Shown piece after piece: positions 1 through 12,245 of a stretch of DNA of 64,000 bases. Source of the DNA: Octopus vulgaris (Eukaryota); the NCBI GenBank assembly GCA_951406725.2, contig OX597820.1, positions 28,334,001 to 28,398,000 on the forward strand. The letters are read 5' to 3'. The notes beneath the pieces are model-generated. The model did not search any database. It was not told the DNA's origin and was given only the letters and a program-made list of their open reading frames with translations. Within the stretch, counting starts at the first letter, position 1. Each line of letters opens with the position of its first letter. The position numbers and the translations under genes are program-made.

Positions 1-216
1 CATTACTATTCTTTCAGTTAGCAGGAAATTACTATACTTCCTGTTTCGATAATTGCGTATAAATGTTATTCATTCATAGCTAATGTTATTATCGACATAA
101 GTGAGATAAAATGGATATAATCCTGCAAAGGAACTTGTCAGTATCTCGGACCATTGAAAAGAACTATTCTGAACAAAGAGGATTCACCATTTACCATATA
201 CTCTATGAATATTCCA

Positions 217-743
217 TTCTTCTATAGGCATAACACTTGAACATTTAGGGGACGGGTTTAGGCGATTACATCAAAACTAATATTTATTTCAGCGTCTCCG
301 AAAGATTGAAAAACAAAGTCGGCTTCGCTAAATTTGAACTCAGAGCATTCAGAACATAAAGATAGATAAAACATTGCTAATCAGTTTTCCCGTGGTTCGA
401 ATGATTCTGCCAGCTCGTCGCCTTTAATGACATAAGAAGATTGATTTCGATTTTTGGCACATGTCCAACAAATTCAGCTCAGTGGGTAAGTCAATTGCAT
501 CAACCCTAGTGTTCATCTGATACGTATATTTTCGACGAAAGGTTAAAAGTCGGCCCCACCCCAGAAGAATTTGAAGAAGGATGGGCGAGTCGATTTCATC
601 GCCCCCAGTGTTCAGTTTGTAATTATTTCATCGAACCCGAAAGTATTTAAGGCAAAGTCGAACTGGGCGGAATTTGAAATCAAAACGTAGCGACATACGA
701 AGTGCTGCAAAGCACGCTAGCGGTTCTGCCATATCGCCGCCTT
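217..743 (-). mobile_element. Three tandem degraded copies of tRNA-derived SINE family A
   Basis: Reverse-complement matches to the cleaner copy at 26990-27223 (ggcaaagtcg..., ggcggaatttgaa, gccagctcgtcgcctt, cgccgcctta). Confidence 0.75.
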
Positions 744-1195
744 ACAATGAGATGAAACTATCTAAGAACATTTTCTATATCTTGAATTTGTTTTAGTCGG
801 TTGAAAGAAACAGATAAAACAAAAATCAAGAGTGATTGAATTTATTAAATATGATTGTATTACTGTTGTTCGAAAGTATAGAGAGGAACAAAGATTTGCC
901 AATAACACTTCAACTGAAAGTATAAAGTATCTTGCACCAACAACTAAGACATTTATTAAATAATTAATTTGTGATAGGAACGGAATAACACATTTGTTAC
1001 CGAAAGCGGTTGTAGAATTACAGGGCACATTCACTACTGCGAAAAATTGTGATGATATGTACACCTCAGGAATCACACACTGCAATTTAACATAATGTGC
1101 ATAATATAACAACAATAAAGTATATATATGCATGCATATATATGTATATGTGTGTGTGTGTATGTATGTCTATATGCACGTATGTAAATATATAT

Positions 1196-1254
<59 letters not shown>

Positions 1255-1257
<3 letters not shown>

Positions 1258-1550
1258 ATAAAAATGGTAAAACAACAAAAGAAAGAGGCCTCGATATTAT
1301 GTAAATAGAGGAATTTATGTGTAAATGTAATATGTGACAATTATTCGGTAGCCATGATAAAACTCCGAGTTTCGGATGCCGAGGTGGAAATCCACGCCGC
1401 CATCTCTTTAGTTATCCGGCCATAGGAAAAATGCTATGAAAAATGACCGTTATACAAAGGGAAATTACTGTGTGATTGACTGTTATTAAGTCAAAAGTTC
1501 TATTTGAATGACCGCTAAGTGAGCGGAGGGAGTAAAAGTAAGGGGGTAAG
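1255..1550 (-). mobile_element. Hammerhead-bearing short element (family H1), left arm of an inverted pair; core mutated to CUAAAGA
   Basis: Abuts (TA)n. Reverse complement of 1778-2010; also matches 9308-9435. Confidence 0.75.
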
Positions 1551-1777
1551 GGGGCACCATGATCTTTGTAGGATCTTTGTTGTGCGTGCATGTGTCTGTG
1601 CGTGTATAGACGTGTGTATGAACCTTTATGGTGCCTGCGTGTGCGCGTGGAGGTTTGTATTATATACATATACATTTGCCGAATGGTGCGAGTGAGAATG
1701 TGTACGTTTTCAAGTGGGTGTGCGGGCGTGCATGTGTAGGTATGAATATGCGTGCTTACGCGAATACTATGAACTTT

Positions 1778-2010
1778 TTTACACCCTTACTTTTACTCCC
1801 TCTCCACATTTAGCGGTCATTCAAATATCTCTTTTGTCTTAATAACGGTCAATCACACAGTAATTTCCCTTTGTATAACGGTCATTTTTCATAGCATTTT
1901 TCCGATGGCCAGATAACTGAAGAGATGGCGGAGTGAACTTCCACCTCGGCATCCGAAACTCGGAGTTTTATCATGGCTACCGAATAATTGTCACATATTA
2001 TATTTACATA
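1778..2010 (+). mobile_element. Hammerhead-bearing short element (family H1), right arm of the inverted pair
   Basis: About 230 bp inverted repeat of 1315-1550. Confidence 0.75.
1906..1979 (+). ncRNA. Minimal type-I hammerhead ribozyme (family H1)
   Basis: GATAA-CTGAAGA-GATG..(stem II)..CATC-C-GAAA-CTC-G-GAG-TT-TTATC. Stem I is GAUAA/UUAUC, extendable with GGCCA/UGGCU. Stem III is near-palindromic and the cleavage triplet is GUU. Confidence 0.7.
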
Positions 2011-4244
2011 TACATATAAACTCTTGTTCATCCTGTTTCCTGTTGTTACCTGCACACTACATGCATAGTGCGCCTGCACACCAATACCCGAGGATAACAT
2101 GGGTAACGAATACCGATAGTACATACGGATATTTTATCCCTTAGTCGGTTATTATGACCGCTGATTCTGTTTACACACACACACCACATATATTAGTATA
2201 GTTCTCTTCATTGCAAACGTAATACAAAGATCATGTGTGTATAGATATTGTATGAATATGTATATGTGTGTGTGTGCGTCTGCGTGTGTTTATGTTTGTA
2301 TGAGTGTGTATTATGCACCACATACACGCACATACATACATATACATTTGTATGTGTATGTGCTTGTGTGTGTATATACATACATACATGCATATATAAA
2401 TATATAGTTTCTAGTCAATTTTATCTCTACAAATTTGCCTTCTGTCAACATATAGCGACACAAATAGTAAAGGCTCAACTGCTATTCTTCGAACTGAATA
2501 AAAAGAATTGCATTATCATGTATGTGCGTCTGTGCGCATGTGTGTGTTTATGTGTGTGTATGTGTGTGTGTGACGTTCCCGGCACGATAATAATAGTGAT
2601 ATTAATGCGATGTTCTCTTGGGATCCCTGTGATAATTTTATCTCTAATTGATTTGAGTATATCGAAAAAGCTGTTATCGATAACCCTTTTTAATTATTTT
2701 TTCCTGAACCAAATTCGATTCTCTGATAACGTTTTTGAGTTGTAAATACACACACACAAATACGTACACACATGCAATATACTGTTCCGTTCAGGTAAGA
2801 TGAACAAAAATTACTCTATCTGGCGAGAGATAAATATTGTTCAGTTATATTTGTATAGGCTACTAATATTTTCATGCAGTGAAAACGATAAAGATGGCGT
2901 TTTTAATAACACGTCTGGTGCATTCACGTAATCTTGACGCTGTGTTCACATGGCATATACAAGCTAAAACAGGACGATAGAATAAAAGAATGTATGACAC
3001 AATGCGAGAAGAAGGTGGATGTAAAAGTTGGAATGGTGTAAATAGGGGAAAGCGAAAAGAAAACGGGAAAACAGTAAAAGGAAACAGAAAAAAGAAGAAA
3101 ACAACGAGGAAAAATTAGAGTTATGTCCCTTTTGAACATAAAGTTATAATAAAGCTGAATAAAGTCTAGAGTCTGCGGTACATCCGCTCAATTCGGCCAA
3201 GGTGGAATTTTCCAATTCGTCAACAGAAACTTATTTATATATTTACCTCCGCTGAAAATTTCAGATTTTGAATATTCAGTGTACGGTGGAGTTCTTAGAC
3301 CTGAAAAGGATCTGTAATCTTTCAGCTACGATTAGCTTGTATTTTTTCGATCTGCTTACATAGAGCATGGTTTAAAATTTTTTTTGTACTTCATTGTATG
3401 TGTTATGGATTCAGACTTCAAACACCATATTTGGCTAGCAAACTTTATTTTTGTCCCTGTGCCGCAAGGAAGATATGTAGTTAGTATAGCAATTTTTGAG
3501 GTCGCCTTTACGCAACCGGATATAAGTATTCTTTTCTTTATGTTATCATCTAGGGTCACTGAAAAATCTGACTCGTGTATGACGGATTTAGTTATGCACC
3601 CCTGGTGGAATGGGGAAGTTTATGGATCACGACCAAGAGCTTACTTCTCAGTTATAACTGACGAGATATAATAACTTGTATACATACATACTCCATTTGA
3701 GATTCTTCAGGCGAATAAATGCTCGCACATAGGTACATCGATAACTCAACCTACGACATATTCAACGACATATTTACAAACATCGGAAACAATCTCTGTT
3801 AGCGACCAGCTTGAACTCTGATAAGAGGAACTCAAATAAAATTCAAAGAAGAAAAGACAGCAGACATACAGACAGTAGAATATATAATCATTACCACTTT
3901 TGATTATACCCAAAATTCATTACTTATACAGGTAAAATTTAAATTTGAATAATGTGTACAAAATATTATATTCCTTTCTTCATTTTCAATTCTGCTTTTA
4001 CGTTTTTCTATTTTTCGAATCTGTTCTAAAGCTGCTTTTGCTAATATATATGATAGCTACTTCTGAAATATATAATTAATATGATGATTTTGTTAATAGT
4101 ATTACATAAGTATGGAAATACGAAGAAGCTATAAGATGCTAGACTAGTACTCAGGATACACAGTTATTTGTAGTAGAAGTAGAAGTAGGCTAATATAAGC
4201 GATTACGTAACTAATGTTCATTTTTCATTTTTAATTTAATTATT

Positions 4245-4640
4245 GAGCTGGCAGAAACGTTAGCACGCCGAGTGAAATGCTTAGCGGTATTTCGTCTGCG
4301 TTACGTTGTGAGTTCAAATTCCGCCGAGGTCAACTTTGCCTTTCATCCTTTCGGGGTCGATAAATTAAGTACCAGTTACGCACTGGGGTCAATGTAATCG
4401 ACTTAATACCTATGTCTGTCCTTGTTTGTTCCCTCTGTGTTTAGCCCCTTTTGGGTAATAAAGAAATAGGTATTTCGTCTGTCTTTATGTTCTAAGTTCA
4501 AATTCCGCCGAGGTCGACTTTGTCTTTCATCCTTTCGGGATCGATAAATTAAGTACCAATTTAGTATTGGGATCAATCTAATCGAATGGCCCCCATCCCC
4601 CAATATTTCGGGCCTTGTGCCTAGAGTAAAAAAACAAAAA
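4245..4640 (+). mobile_element. SINE family A dimer (full unit plus 5'-truncated second unit)
   Basis: gagctggcagaaacgttagcacgccg...gagttcaaattcc (A/B-box-like)...aaagaaatag, then restarts at gtatttcgtctg (4470). Confidence 0.9.
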
Positions 4641-4747
4641 AAAAAAACAAAAACAATTATTAACGTAGTTGTTAAGCCTTGCTGGTTTTCTGTTAAATAT
4701 AAACTCTTGGAGCTATAACTCATTATTAATATCGTTATAGCTAAGTG

Positions 4748-4935
4748 AGCCGGCAAGCTGGCAGAACGGATAGCACACCGTGTGAAATGCTTTGCGACAT
4801 TTCGTCCGTATTTACGTACTGAGTTCAATTTCCGCCGGAGTAGGCTTAGTCTTTCATCGTTTTCAATTCGATAAAATAACATAACTACCAATTTGATTAT
4901 GCAGTCGATCTAACCGACTTACCTCCTACCCTAAT
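4748..4935 (+). mobile_element. Degraded SINE family A
   Basis: ggcaagctggcagaacggatagcacaccg...gagttcaatttccgcc. Confidence 0.75.
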
Positions 4936-6161
4936 ATCGCGATGGCTCAGCAGAATCCAGACAGTGCAGTATATGTTATATCTGATCATTCAACGGGTAA
5001 ATAGACGACACAACCATGCCTGATTGATAAGGAGGGTGGTATTCCTTGTACACGCTGCAGGACTGAAAGCAAAGCTTGTCAAAGTTAAATGACTTCAATG
5101 CACATAAAGACCATCGAATCGTTTGATGTGACAGACTCTATAATCATTGTTAGGTTTCTCTCCTGGAGAAAGTAAACCCAAATGCAACAATAACTTCATT
5201 TGCACCGTCTGGTGTAGACTAGGCTTTCTTCTGTGGCAAATGCATGCGTTGCTTAGAGAATAGGATTGACATTCTCCGAGTCCTTTCTTCACTTCAAAAC
5301 ACTTAAGACACAGGTATGATTTAATTTTTAAAATCTATGTAGTGTGTCCCACACTGTCTAACCGTAACCGAGAAAGACAAAACACTCACAGAAAAATTAC
5401 ATGATGGAATAAAGTCATGTTATAGTGTGGCTAGTGACTGTCTTAACATCCGTTTCGTACAACTATACAAGGATTATAGATCTGAAATGCCACATTTGTG
5501 CTAATCAAGAAAACAAATCAAGAGATAGCATTCTTCAAAATCCAGTTGCAGCAATCATATATATGTGGGCGTGTGGTACTGGGGAGTGGTGCGCGCGCGT
5601 GTCTTTATGTGTTTTTCTGTATAAGTTTATGACTGTGTGTGTTTATGCGAGCGAGCGTGAAAATGGTGCAGCGTGTTTTAATTGTGTGATTTCGTTCGTG
5701 AGCATACATAAGCCTCAACTCCATTATCTATTTTCATAATTTAATTATATATAGAATATATATTAATATAATATCACAATTTAATCTAGATATGTAGTTT
5801 TTCATTATTATAATCGTCATACTTTTTCACTGTCTACTAATTTATTATTTTTCCTGAAATTAATTAATACATATTGTGTAGATTATGCTTTCGATGTATA
5901 GTATTATACAGTTATTGAGTTATAGTTGTATAGTTTATTTTAAAGGTTATTCTTGTTCATCTTTGTTTATATAATTGAATTTTGAAATGAATAAAGTTTT
6001 TATTTCTCCATTTATATATACTACAGAATATATCATTGACAAAAGCTTTTGTTCTTCCAAAATTCTAAATTTTCGAATTTGCATGTTTTACTTTTAATCT
6101 TTCATCGGCTAACATCTTCTGAGTTTCCTGTATAGTCAGTTATATACTCGTTCGACTTGAC

Positions 6162-6165
<4 letters not shown>

Positions 6166-6232
<67 letters not shown>
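6166..6232. repeat. (TA)n microsatellite
   Basis: Seen directly. Confidence 0.95.
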
Positions 6233-6233
<1 letters not shown>

Positions 6234-6635
6234 TATATAATTAGGGTTCAGCAACGATTAGCTTCACCACTCACTGAAGTTTAGAAGTAGCAGTCAAAAT
6301 CCTAGCTATTCTTTCTACTTTAAAGGGAGTTGCCAGAAAAACCAAAGCACTTGAAAACAAACCACGTAAGCAAAAGGGGAAAAAATGACGAAAATCATTC
6401 TATAATAGGTTACCAACGGACGCGCGTTTCGGAATTAAGCCAGTATAAAGCATAAATAATAAATAATCATACCTTACCCGACTATTTTCGTCTCTTCAGC
6501 GTAGAATTCCATAATCATAAATAATTGTATCTCAATTATTAATAGTTGTATCTTAAATTTGAAGGCACTGGAAAACATCACTTAACCTAACGGTATCAGA
6601 GAGATCGTATTCCGTGTTAGTGCCGCCAAGTTCAA
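6233..6635 (-). mobile_element. Penelope-like terminus or retrozyme-like element between (TA)n tracts (family H3)
   Basis: About 400 bp of non-coding sequence bounded on both sides by (TA)n, containing a hammerhead motif. Confidence 0.55.
6412..6504 (-). ncRNA. Type-I hammerhead ribozyme with long stem II and palindromic stem III
   Basis: Minus strand reads CTACG-CTGAAGA-G...(~60 nt)...C-GAAAC-GCGC-GTC-CGTTG. GAAACGCGCGUC is the typical Penelope-associated palindromic stem III with a GUC triplet. Confidence 0.6.
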
Positions 6636-6656
6636 AATATATATATATATATATAT

Positions 6657-7090
6657 TCAGGATGTCCCAAAATTAAGGGAATCACCTGTTTTCAATTTTA
6701 CCAAAGAAACATATTACTGTATTTCGGTTCCAAGTGTTGCAATGCAATAATAAAAGAAACACAGTTATGACACTTGCACATTTATTCGATATGACTAACT
6801 CTGTTTCGAATCAAACCCTTACGTCTAGGTGCGAATGCTTCACAAGCAGCGCGCAGCTGTGCTTGTGGAAGCGAAACCCATTCCTGGCGCAGGTTTGCCT
6901 TCAGAGCATCCAACGAAGCATAAGGAGTGCTCGAGATCAACGTCTCCAAAATGAAACTATATAGAAAAATCCACCGGGTTGAGATCGGAGCTTCTTGCGG
7001 GTCATACATACTTGCCTATGAACCTGGGAACGACTGTTATAAAAAAGGTTCTACATTCTTGCATTTATCTTGAAGTGACACTGAAGGAAA
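6657..7090 (-). mobile_element. Tc1/mariner-superfamily (maT/DD37D-like) transposon 3' fragment with TIR
   Basis: Minus-strand peptides SSDLNPVDFSI* and ILETL...SLDALKANLRQEW...LRAACEAF...HIE*. TIR-like caggatgtcccaaaa next to TA. Confidence 0.75.
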
Positions 7091-7255
7091 ATAATGACGA
7101 ACCTACTGGATATTATTAGGTACTTCGTCTGCAAACATTCAGGTAGCCTTTGCAAAATTTACCCCCCAGAGATATAGAAAGTTAAGAACAGTTCCTTATT
7201 TTAATATATATATATATATGTGTGTTTGTGTGTGTGTGTCTGTGTGTGTGTGTGT

Positions 7256-7547
7256 GGAGGCGCAATGGCCCAGTGGTTAGGGCAGCGGACTCGCGGTTTT
7301 GATTCCCAGACCGGGCGTTGTGAGTGTTTATTGAGCGAAAACACCTTAAAGCTCCACGAGGCTCCGGCAGGGGGTGGTGGCGATCCCTGCTGTGCTCCTT
7401 CGCCACAACTTTCTCTCACTCTTTCTTCTGTTGGCCTGCTCGCTTAGCCAGCGGGGTGGTGTCATTTGAAGGTTATAACAATGCGAAGCGCATTGTGACC
7501 AGCGATGTGTAGCAACATCTGATAGCCTGGTCGGTCACGGTGACGGT

Positions 7548-7550
<3 letters not shown>
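7256..7550 (+). mobile_element. tRNA-derived SINE family C
   Basis: Head ggaggcgcaatggcccagtggttagggcagcggactcgcgg...gattccc (A box, degenerate B box) and (ggtgac) tandem tail. Confidence 0.8.
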
Positions 7551-7592
<42 letters not shown>

Positions 7593-7620
7593 TAATTAAT
7601 AAGGGTGATATATATATATA

Positions 7621-7668
<48 letters not shown>

Positions 7669-8034
7669 TAAGGAACTGTCACTCTTAATTTCAACCACGA
7701 AAATAATGATATCCATTAGGTTTCATCATTATTTTCTTTCAGTGTTATTTCAGGATAAATGCAAGAATGTAGAAACGTTGTTACACACGGTGAGGTACGA
7801 TAATTTTCGAAACTTTTATAGTTATGTTAGGTCATATACCTTCAATAAAGAAATCAATAATTAGATTTATAATGTATTGAGCCATTTATTAAGTTGTACT
7901 ATGCCGAATAACGTTCTATCATAATCTCTCTCTTTTTTTCTCCCATTTCCTATCGTTCCCTCTGCCTCTCTTACACTCTTTCTCACTCATCTCTCTCCCC
8001 AACGTTATTATTCAGCCAAACTACCGTCCTTAAA

Positions 8035-8180
8035 TAATGGTTTCAAATTCTGTGAGAAGGTCACCGAATTCAAAGAATGGAAGGGGTAAATCAATTACAT
8101 TGACCATAAGTGCGCAATTTGTACTTCTTTCATCGACCCACGAAGGGATGAAAGGTGAAGTTGAACACACGGAATTTGTT
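8035..8180 (-). mobile_element. Degraded SINE family A fragment
   Basis: ttcatcgacccacgaagggatgaaaggtgaagttga matches the family core. Confidence 0.6.
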
Positions 8181-8323
8181 AACGTTATTAAAAAACAATT
8201 TCCTTTTTAAGCAGAAGCCACCGATTTCAAGGAGAGATAGTTAGTTAAGAACATTGGAAAAATAGCAATTGTACACACATACACACGCACACACGTACAT
8301 ACATATATCTATCTATATATATA

Positions 8324-9087
8324 CGAGGGGTGTATGAAAAGTTTTGAGTCTCAAAAAAACAAAACATGGTACAAAACTTCTAATGATTTATTTTTCAACA
8401 TAGTACCCCTCGATGGCTGAACACTTTCTCCGGTGCTGCTGAAGCGCCATTATCCGGGTATAGAAGAACTCTATTTTTCGAGACTCCAAGACACTTCCTA
8501 AAGCATCTATGATGTCGTTGTCACTGGCAAAATGGCTACCAACCAGGACTTCTTTCATTTTGGGTAATAGATGAAAGTCAGAGAGGGCTAAGTCTGGCGA
8601 GTAAGGCAGATGAGGAACAACTTCATATACAAAATCACGAATTGTTGGCATGACAACCACTCAGGTGTGGGCTGGAGCATTGTCATGATGAAAAAAGGAC
8701 TCCTCTGGTGAGCATTCCCTTCCTTTTTTTCTTTGATTGCTTCTCGGAGGCGTTTCAGTAGTTGGAAAATAATACAGCCCTGTCATGTTCTGACCCTTTT
8801 CAAGGTAATCTATCAGCAAGAAACCTTGAGAATCTCAAACAGCAGACGCCATGACGGATTCTTTGGAGTAGGAGAACATGTGCACTTCCAATGCTTTGAT
8901 TGTTCTTCGGTTTCAGGCTGGTAGTGATGAACCCAAACCTATGTCCATAGTAATGAAACGAGCAAGAAAATTCTCTTCATCGGTTTCAAACAGTTCCAGA
9001 TTGCTCGTGGACAATGTGCATCTGGTGCGATTCTGTTCAGGAGTCAAAAGGCGAGGGACTCACCTAGCGGAAATCTTTGACAACCTC
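8324..9087 (-). mobile_element. Mariner (DD34D) transposase pseudogene, 3' half with right TIR
   Basis: ORF 8388-8660 contains PHLPYSPDLALSDFHLLPKMKE...F.SD.D...EGYYVEK (YSPDL motif). TA|cgaggggtgtatgaaaagttt TIR. Frameshifted. Confidence 0.88.
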
Positions 9088-9180
9088 TAAGTTACGGGAA
9101 AGCAAACACACCAGCATCGGTTGTCAAGCGATGTTGAGGGGGGAACACAGACACAGATACACACACACACACACACACAC
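9088..9180 (-). mobile_element. SINE family B fragment
   Basis: taagttacggg...aaacacaccagcatcggttgtcaagcgatg. Confidence 0.75.
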
Positions 9181-9240
9181 GTACACTCTCACACATACAC
9201 ACACACACAATATATATATATATATATATAAATATATATA

Positions 9241-9435
9241 TATCTGTAAAATAATATGTGACAATCATTCGGAAGCCAAGATAAAGTTTCGGATGCCGAG
9301 GTGGAAATCCGAAACTCAGAGTTTTATCTTGGCTACCGAATAATTATCACATATTATTTTACAGATAAATTTCCTATATTTACATAATATTGAGGTCTCT
9401 TTCTTTCTTTTGTTATCTTACCGTTTTTACCAATA
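9241..9435. mobile_element. Fold-back (hairpin) derivative of family H1
   Basis: 9241-9285 is the reverse complement of 9323-9367. The sequence matches 1255-1395 and 1951-2010. Confidence 0.75.
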
Positions 9436-9488
9436 TATATATATGATTGAATGTATAGAGTGTTAAGTGTGATGTACAGAAATTGAAT

Positions 9489-9969
9489 ATTGAGAAAAGA
9501 AGTCGTCAGAATTTTGGAAAAAAAATATTTCTTCGTTATTATTAGCGGCATCGTTCCTTTATCGAACTTGTCAAATGAAATTTTGTGAATGTACAAACAG
9601 CTTGTTCATTTATATAAACAAATCTTTAGGGGCAATTTTGTTTAGAAGAGAATAATGTTTTTGTTTTTTGGGGTGAGGTTCCATGACAATGAAGATGGCT
9701 AGATAGAAATATAGGTAGGTAGATAGGCTGATAGATAGATAGATAGATAGATAGATACATACATACATACATACATACATACATACATACATACATACAT
9801 ACATACATACATACATACATACATACATACATACATACATACATACATACATGAAAAAGCTGCTTGTATATTCATAAAAATTTATTTCACAAGTTAGAGA
9901 AAGGAACGAAAGCGTTAATCATAATGAATAAAAAGACTTTTCCCAAAATTCTGACGAATTTTTCTCAAT
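9489..9969. mobile_element. MITE-like element with ~120 bp inverted arms enclosing a (GATA)n(CATA)n tract
   Basis: 9489-9609 is the reverse complement of 9851-9969 (attgagaaaa..cgtcagaattttgg / ccaaaattctgacg..ttttctcaat). Confidence 0.65.
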
Positions 9970-10007
9970 ATATATATATACATATACATATATATTATCA
10001 TACATAT

Positions 10008-10349
<342 letters not shown>

Positions 10350-11049
10350 TTTAAAATAAACATATATATATATATGCTAATTGCATATGCATAAATTCAC
10401 TCGCAAATATGTGTGACATTATAGATTTTAACACGGTTTTGCTAACTGGTTCTGGTTTCTATGTTGTGGGAGACACAGACACCCGCTCAGTTTTCCAACC
10501 CTTAGCCCAGTCGGTCAACATGGATGAGCCACAGTAGTAAGTTGGCTCAGTAGTTAGCTAGTAATAATTTACAGCTCAGTAGTCTGGGATAACATGAATG
10601 TCCACGCTCAGCGCTCATTATGCTGACCACCTGAGAAATCGAACCTACGTCTTTGCTATGTTAATGTACTAGAGCATGTGCATTTACACACACATGTTCA
10701 TATATATATATGTGTGTGTATGTTTGTGTAAATGAGTGTGAATGCGTGTGCGGATACGTACACACACAAGCACACGTATGTGTGTGTGTGAATGTACGCA
10801 CGTGATCTGTTTCACCTCAGATCAATTGGAAAAACTGTTGTGTCATATGTTGAAAGCGGAATTCTCTAAAGAAAAATCAATTGAAATATTCCATCAATTT
10901 GCCTGTGAATATTTTACTTGTATTTACAAATATAATATTGCTGTCAAAAACACCCGGATTGTTTAAAAATTGCAACAGAGTTTTCAATGTTATTGTTATT
11001 CAAATGTAAACTTCAGATCCGTTACGTAAATTTTCAATATCAATATGAA

Positions 11050-11500
11050 TTATCGATTGCTATGCTGGGGACCAAACTATACCTTTTCTGGAGGCTATGG
11101 ACGGCTAGTATTTAAGTAACATATATTGAATAGAAAATGCAAAAATGATTGGCAATTTGTAAATATGGTTTTGGTACTATGAGCTTTGGTTTTGTGAGTG
11201 AAATAAAGGGACATGCTTACGTAAACGTGAAGAAACATGCGGAAGACAATAAGAGTTCTTTATTGTTAGGTATCTTAGATGTCAGAAATAAGGTTGCATA
11301 AACTTTGTGATACGGCATATTGTCATTTAAGAAGTAACAATTGGTTAGATAGTTCTTGTCTTAAGCTGATAATGGTTGTGTTCTTTGATACATTATCGAT
11401 CAAATGAAACAAATTGATGGCAAAATAAAGGCGAAATTTAGGGAGAACAAAAAATGCAATGATCAGGGATATTGGTTAGTTTGAAGAGCGAACAATTTAT
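11050..11500 (-). mobile_element. Highly decayed CR1/L2/Jockey-group LINE remnant
   Basis: Minus strand shows remnants RP...GIVWSP of the VRPxLEYxxxVWSP motif near 11060-11110; many stops. Confidence 0.3.
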
Positions 11501-11850
11501 ATAGTACGATCTTTCACACAGCATATCTTTATACTTTTCCCTTCTAGTACGGCCAGCATGTAATTCTTCAGTTTTTATCTCATTAGACGTCGCTTGTCTG
11601 ACTCCTTACTGAGGATGATGTATTAAAAGTAATCTCTCATAATCTTCATAGTCTTCAGTTTCTCTCGTATCTTCTTTGTTTCCTCTGAGGCCCATTTTGT
11701 TCGTATCCTGGATTTTAAAAATGTTGAACTTATATCCTTTCGTATTTCTCACGCACCTACAAACACAGAAGCCCAAGACCATGTACTTTGGTATGTATGG
11801 ATAGTAAATTGGGCCGCAATATTTGCTGTTACCTACTCTGAATGTAATAT

Positions 11851-12245
11851 CTTTCTCTTTTACTCTTTTTTACTTGTTTCAGTCATTTGACTGCGGCCAT
11901 GCTGGAGCACCGCCTTTTTTTAGTCGAGCAAATCGACCCCGGGACTTATTCTTTGTAAGCCCAGTACTTATTCTATCAGTCTCTATTGCTGAACCACTAA
12001 GTGACGGGGACGTAAACACACCAGAATCGGTTGTCAAGCAATGCTAGGGGGACAAACACAGACACACAAGCACACACACACATACATATATATATATACA
12101 TATATACGACGGGCTTCTTTCAATTTCCGTCTACCAAATCCACTCACAAGGCATTGGTCGGCCCGGGGCTATAGCAGAAGACACTTGCCCAAGATGCCAC
12201 GCAGTGGGACTGAACCCAGAACAATGTGGTTGGTTAGCAACCACA
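11851..12245 (-). mobile_element. tRNA-derived SINE family B (CORE-like ttgggcaagt motif, internal microsatellite)
   Basis: Reverse complement of the copy at 21799-22200, with gtaaaagag tail. Confidence 0.92.

Noticed and set aside
3180-3700. ORFs 3356-3559 and 3384-3671 in non-repetitive-looking DNA
   Set aside because: No recognisable motif or consistent splice structure; more likely an old transposon remnant.
5095-5292. 65 aa ORF with Cys/His and a PGEKP string suggesting a C2H2 zinc finger
   Set aside because: Cys/His spacing does not fit C2H2, and no tandem fingers are present.
7256-7320. tRNA-like sequence
   Set aside because: The cloverleaf is incomplete and it continues into a SINE body and tail, so it is a SINE head, not a tRNA gene.
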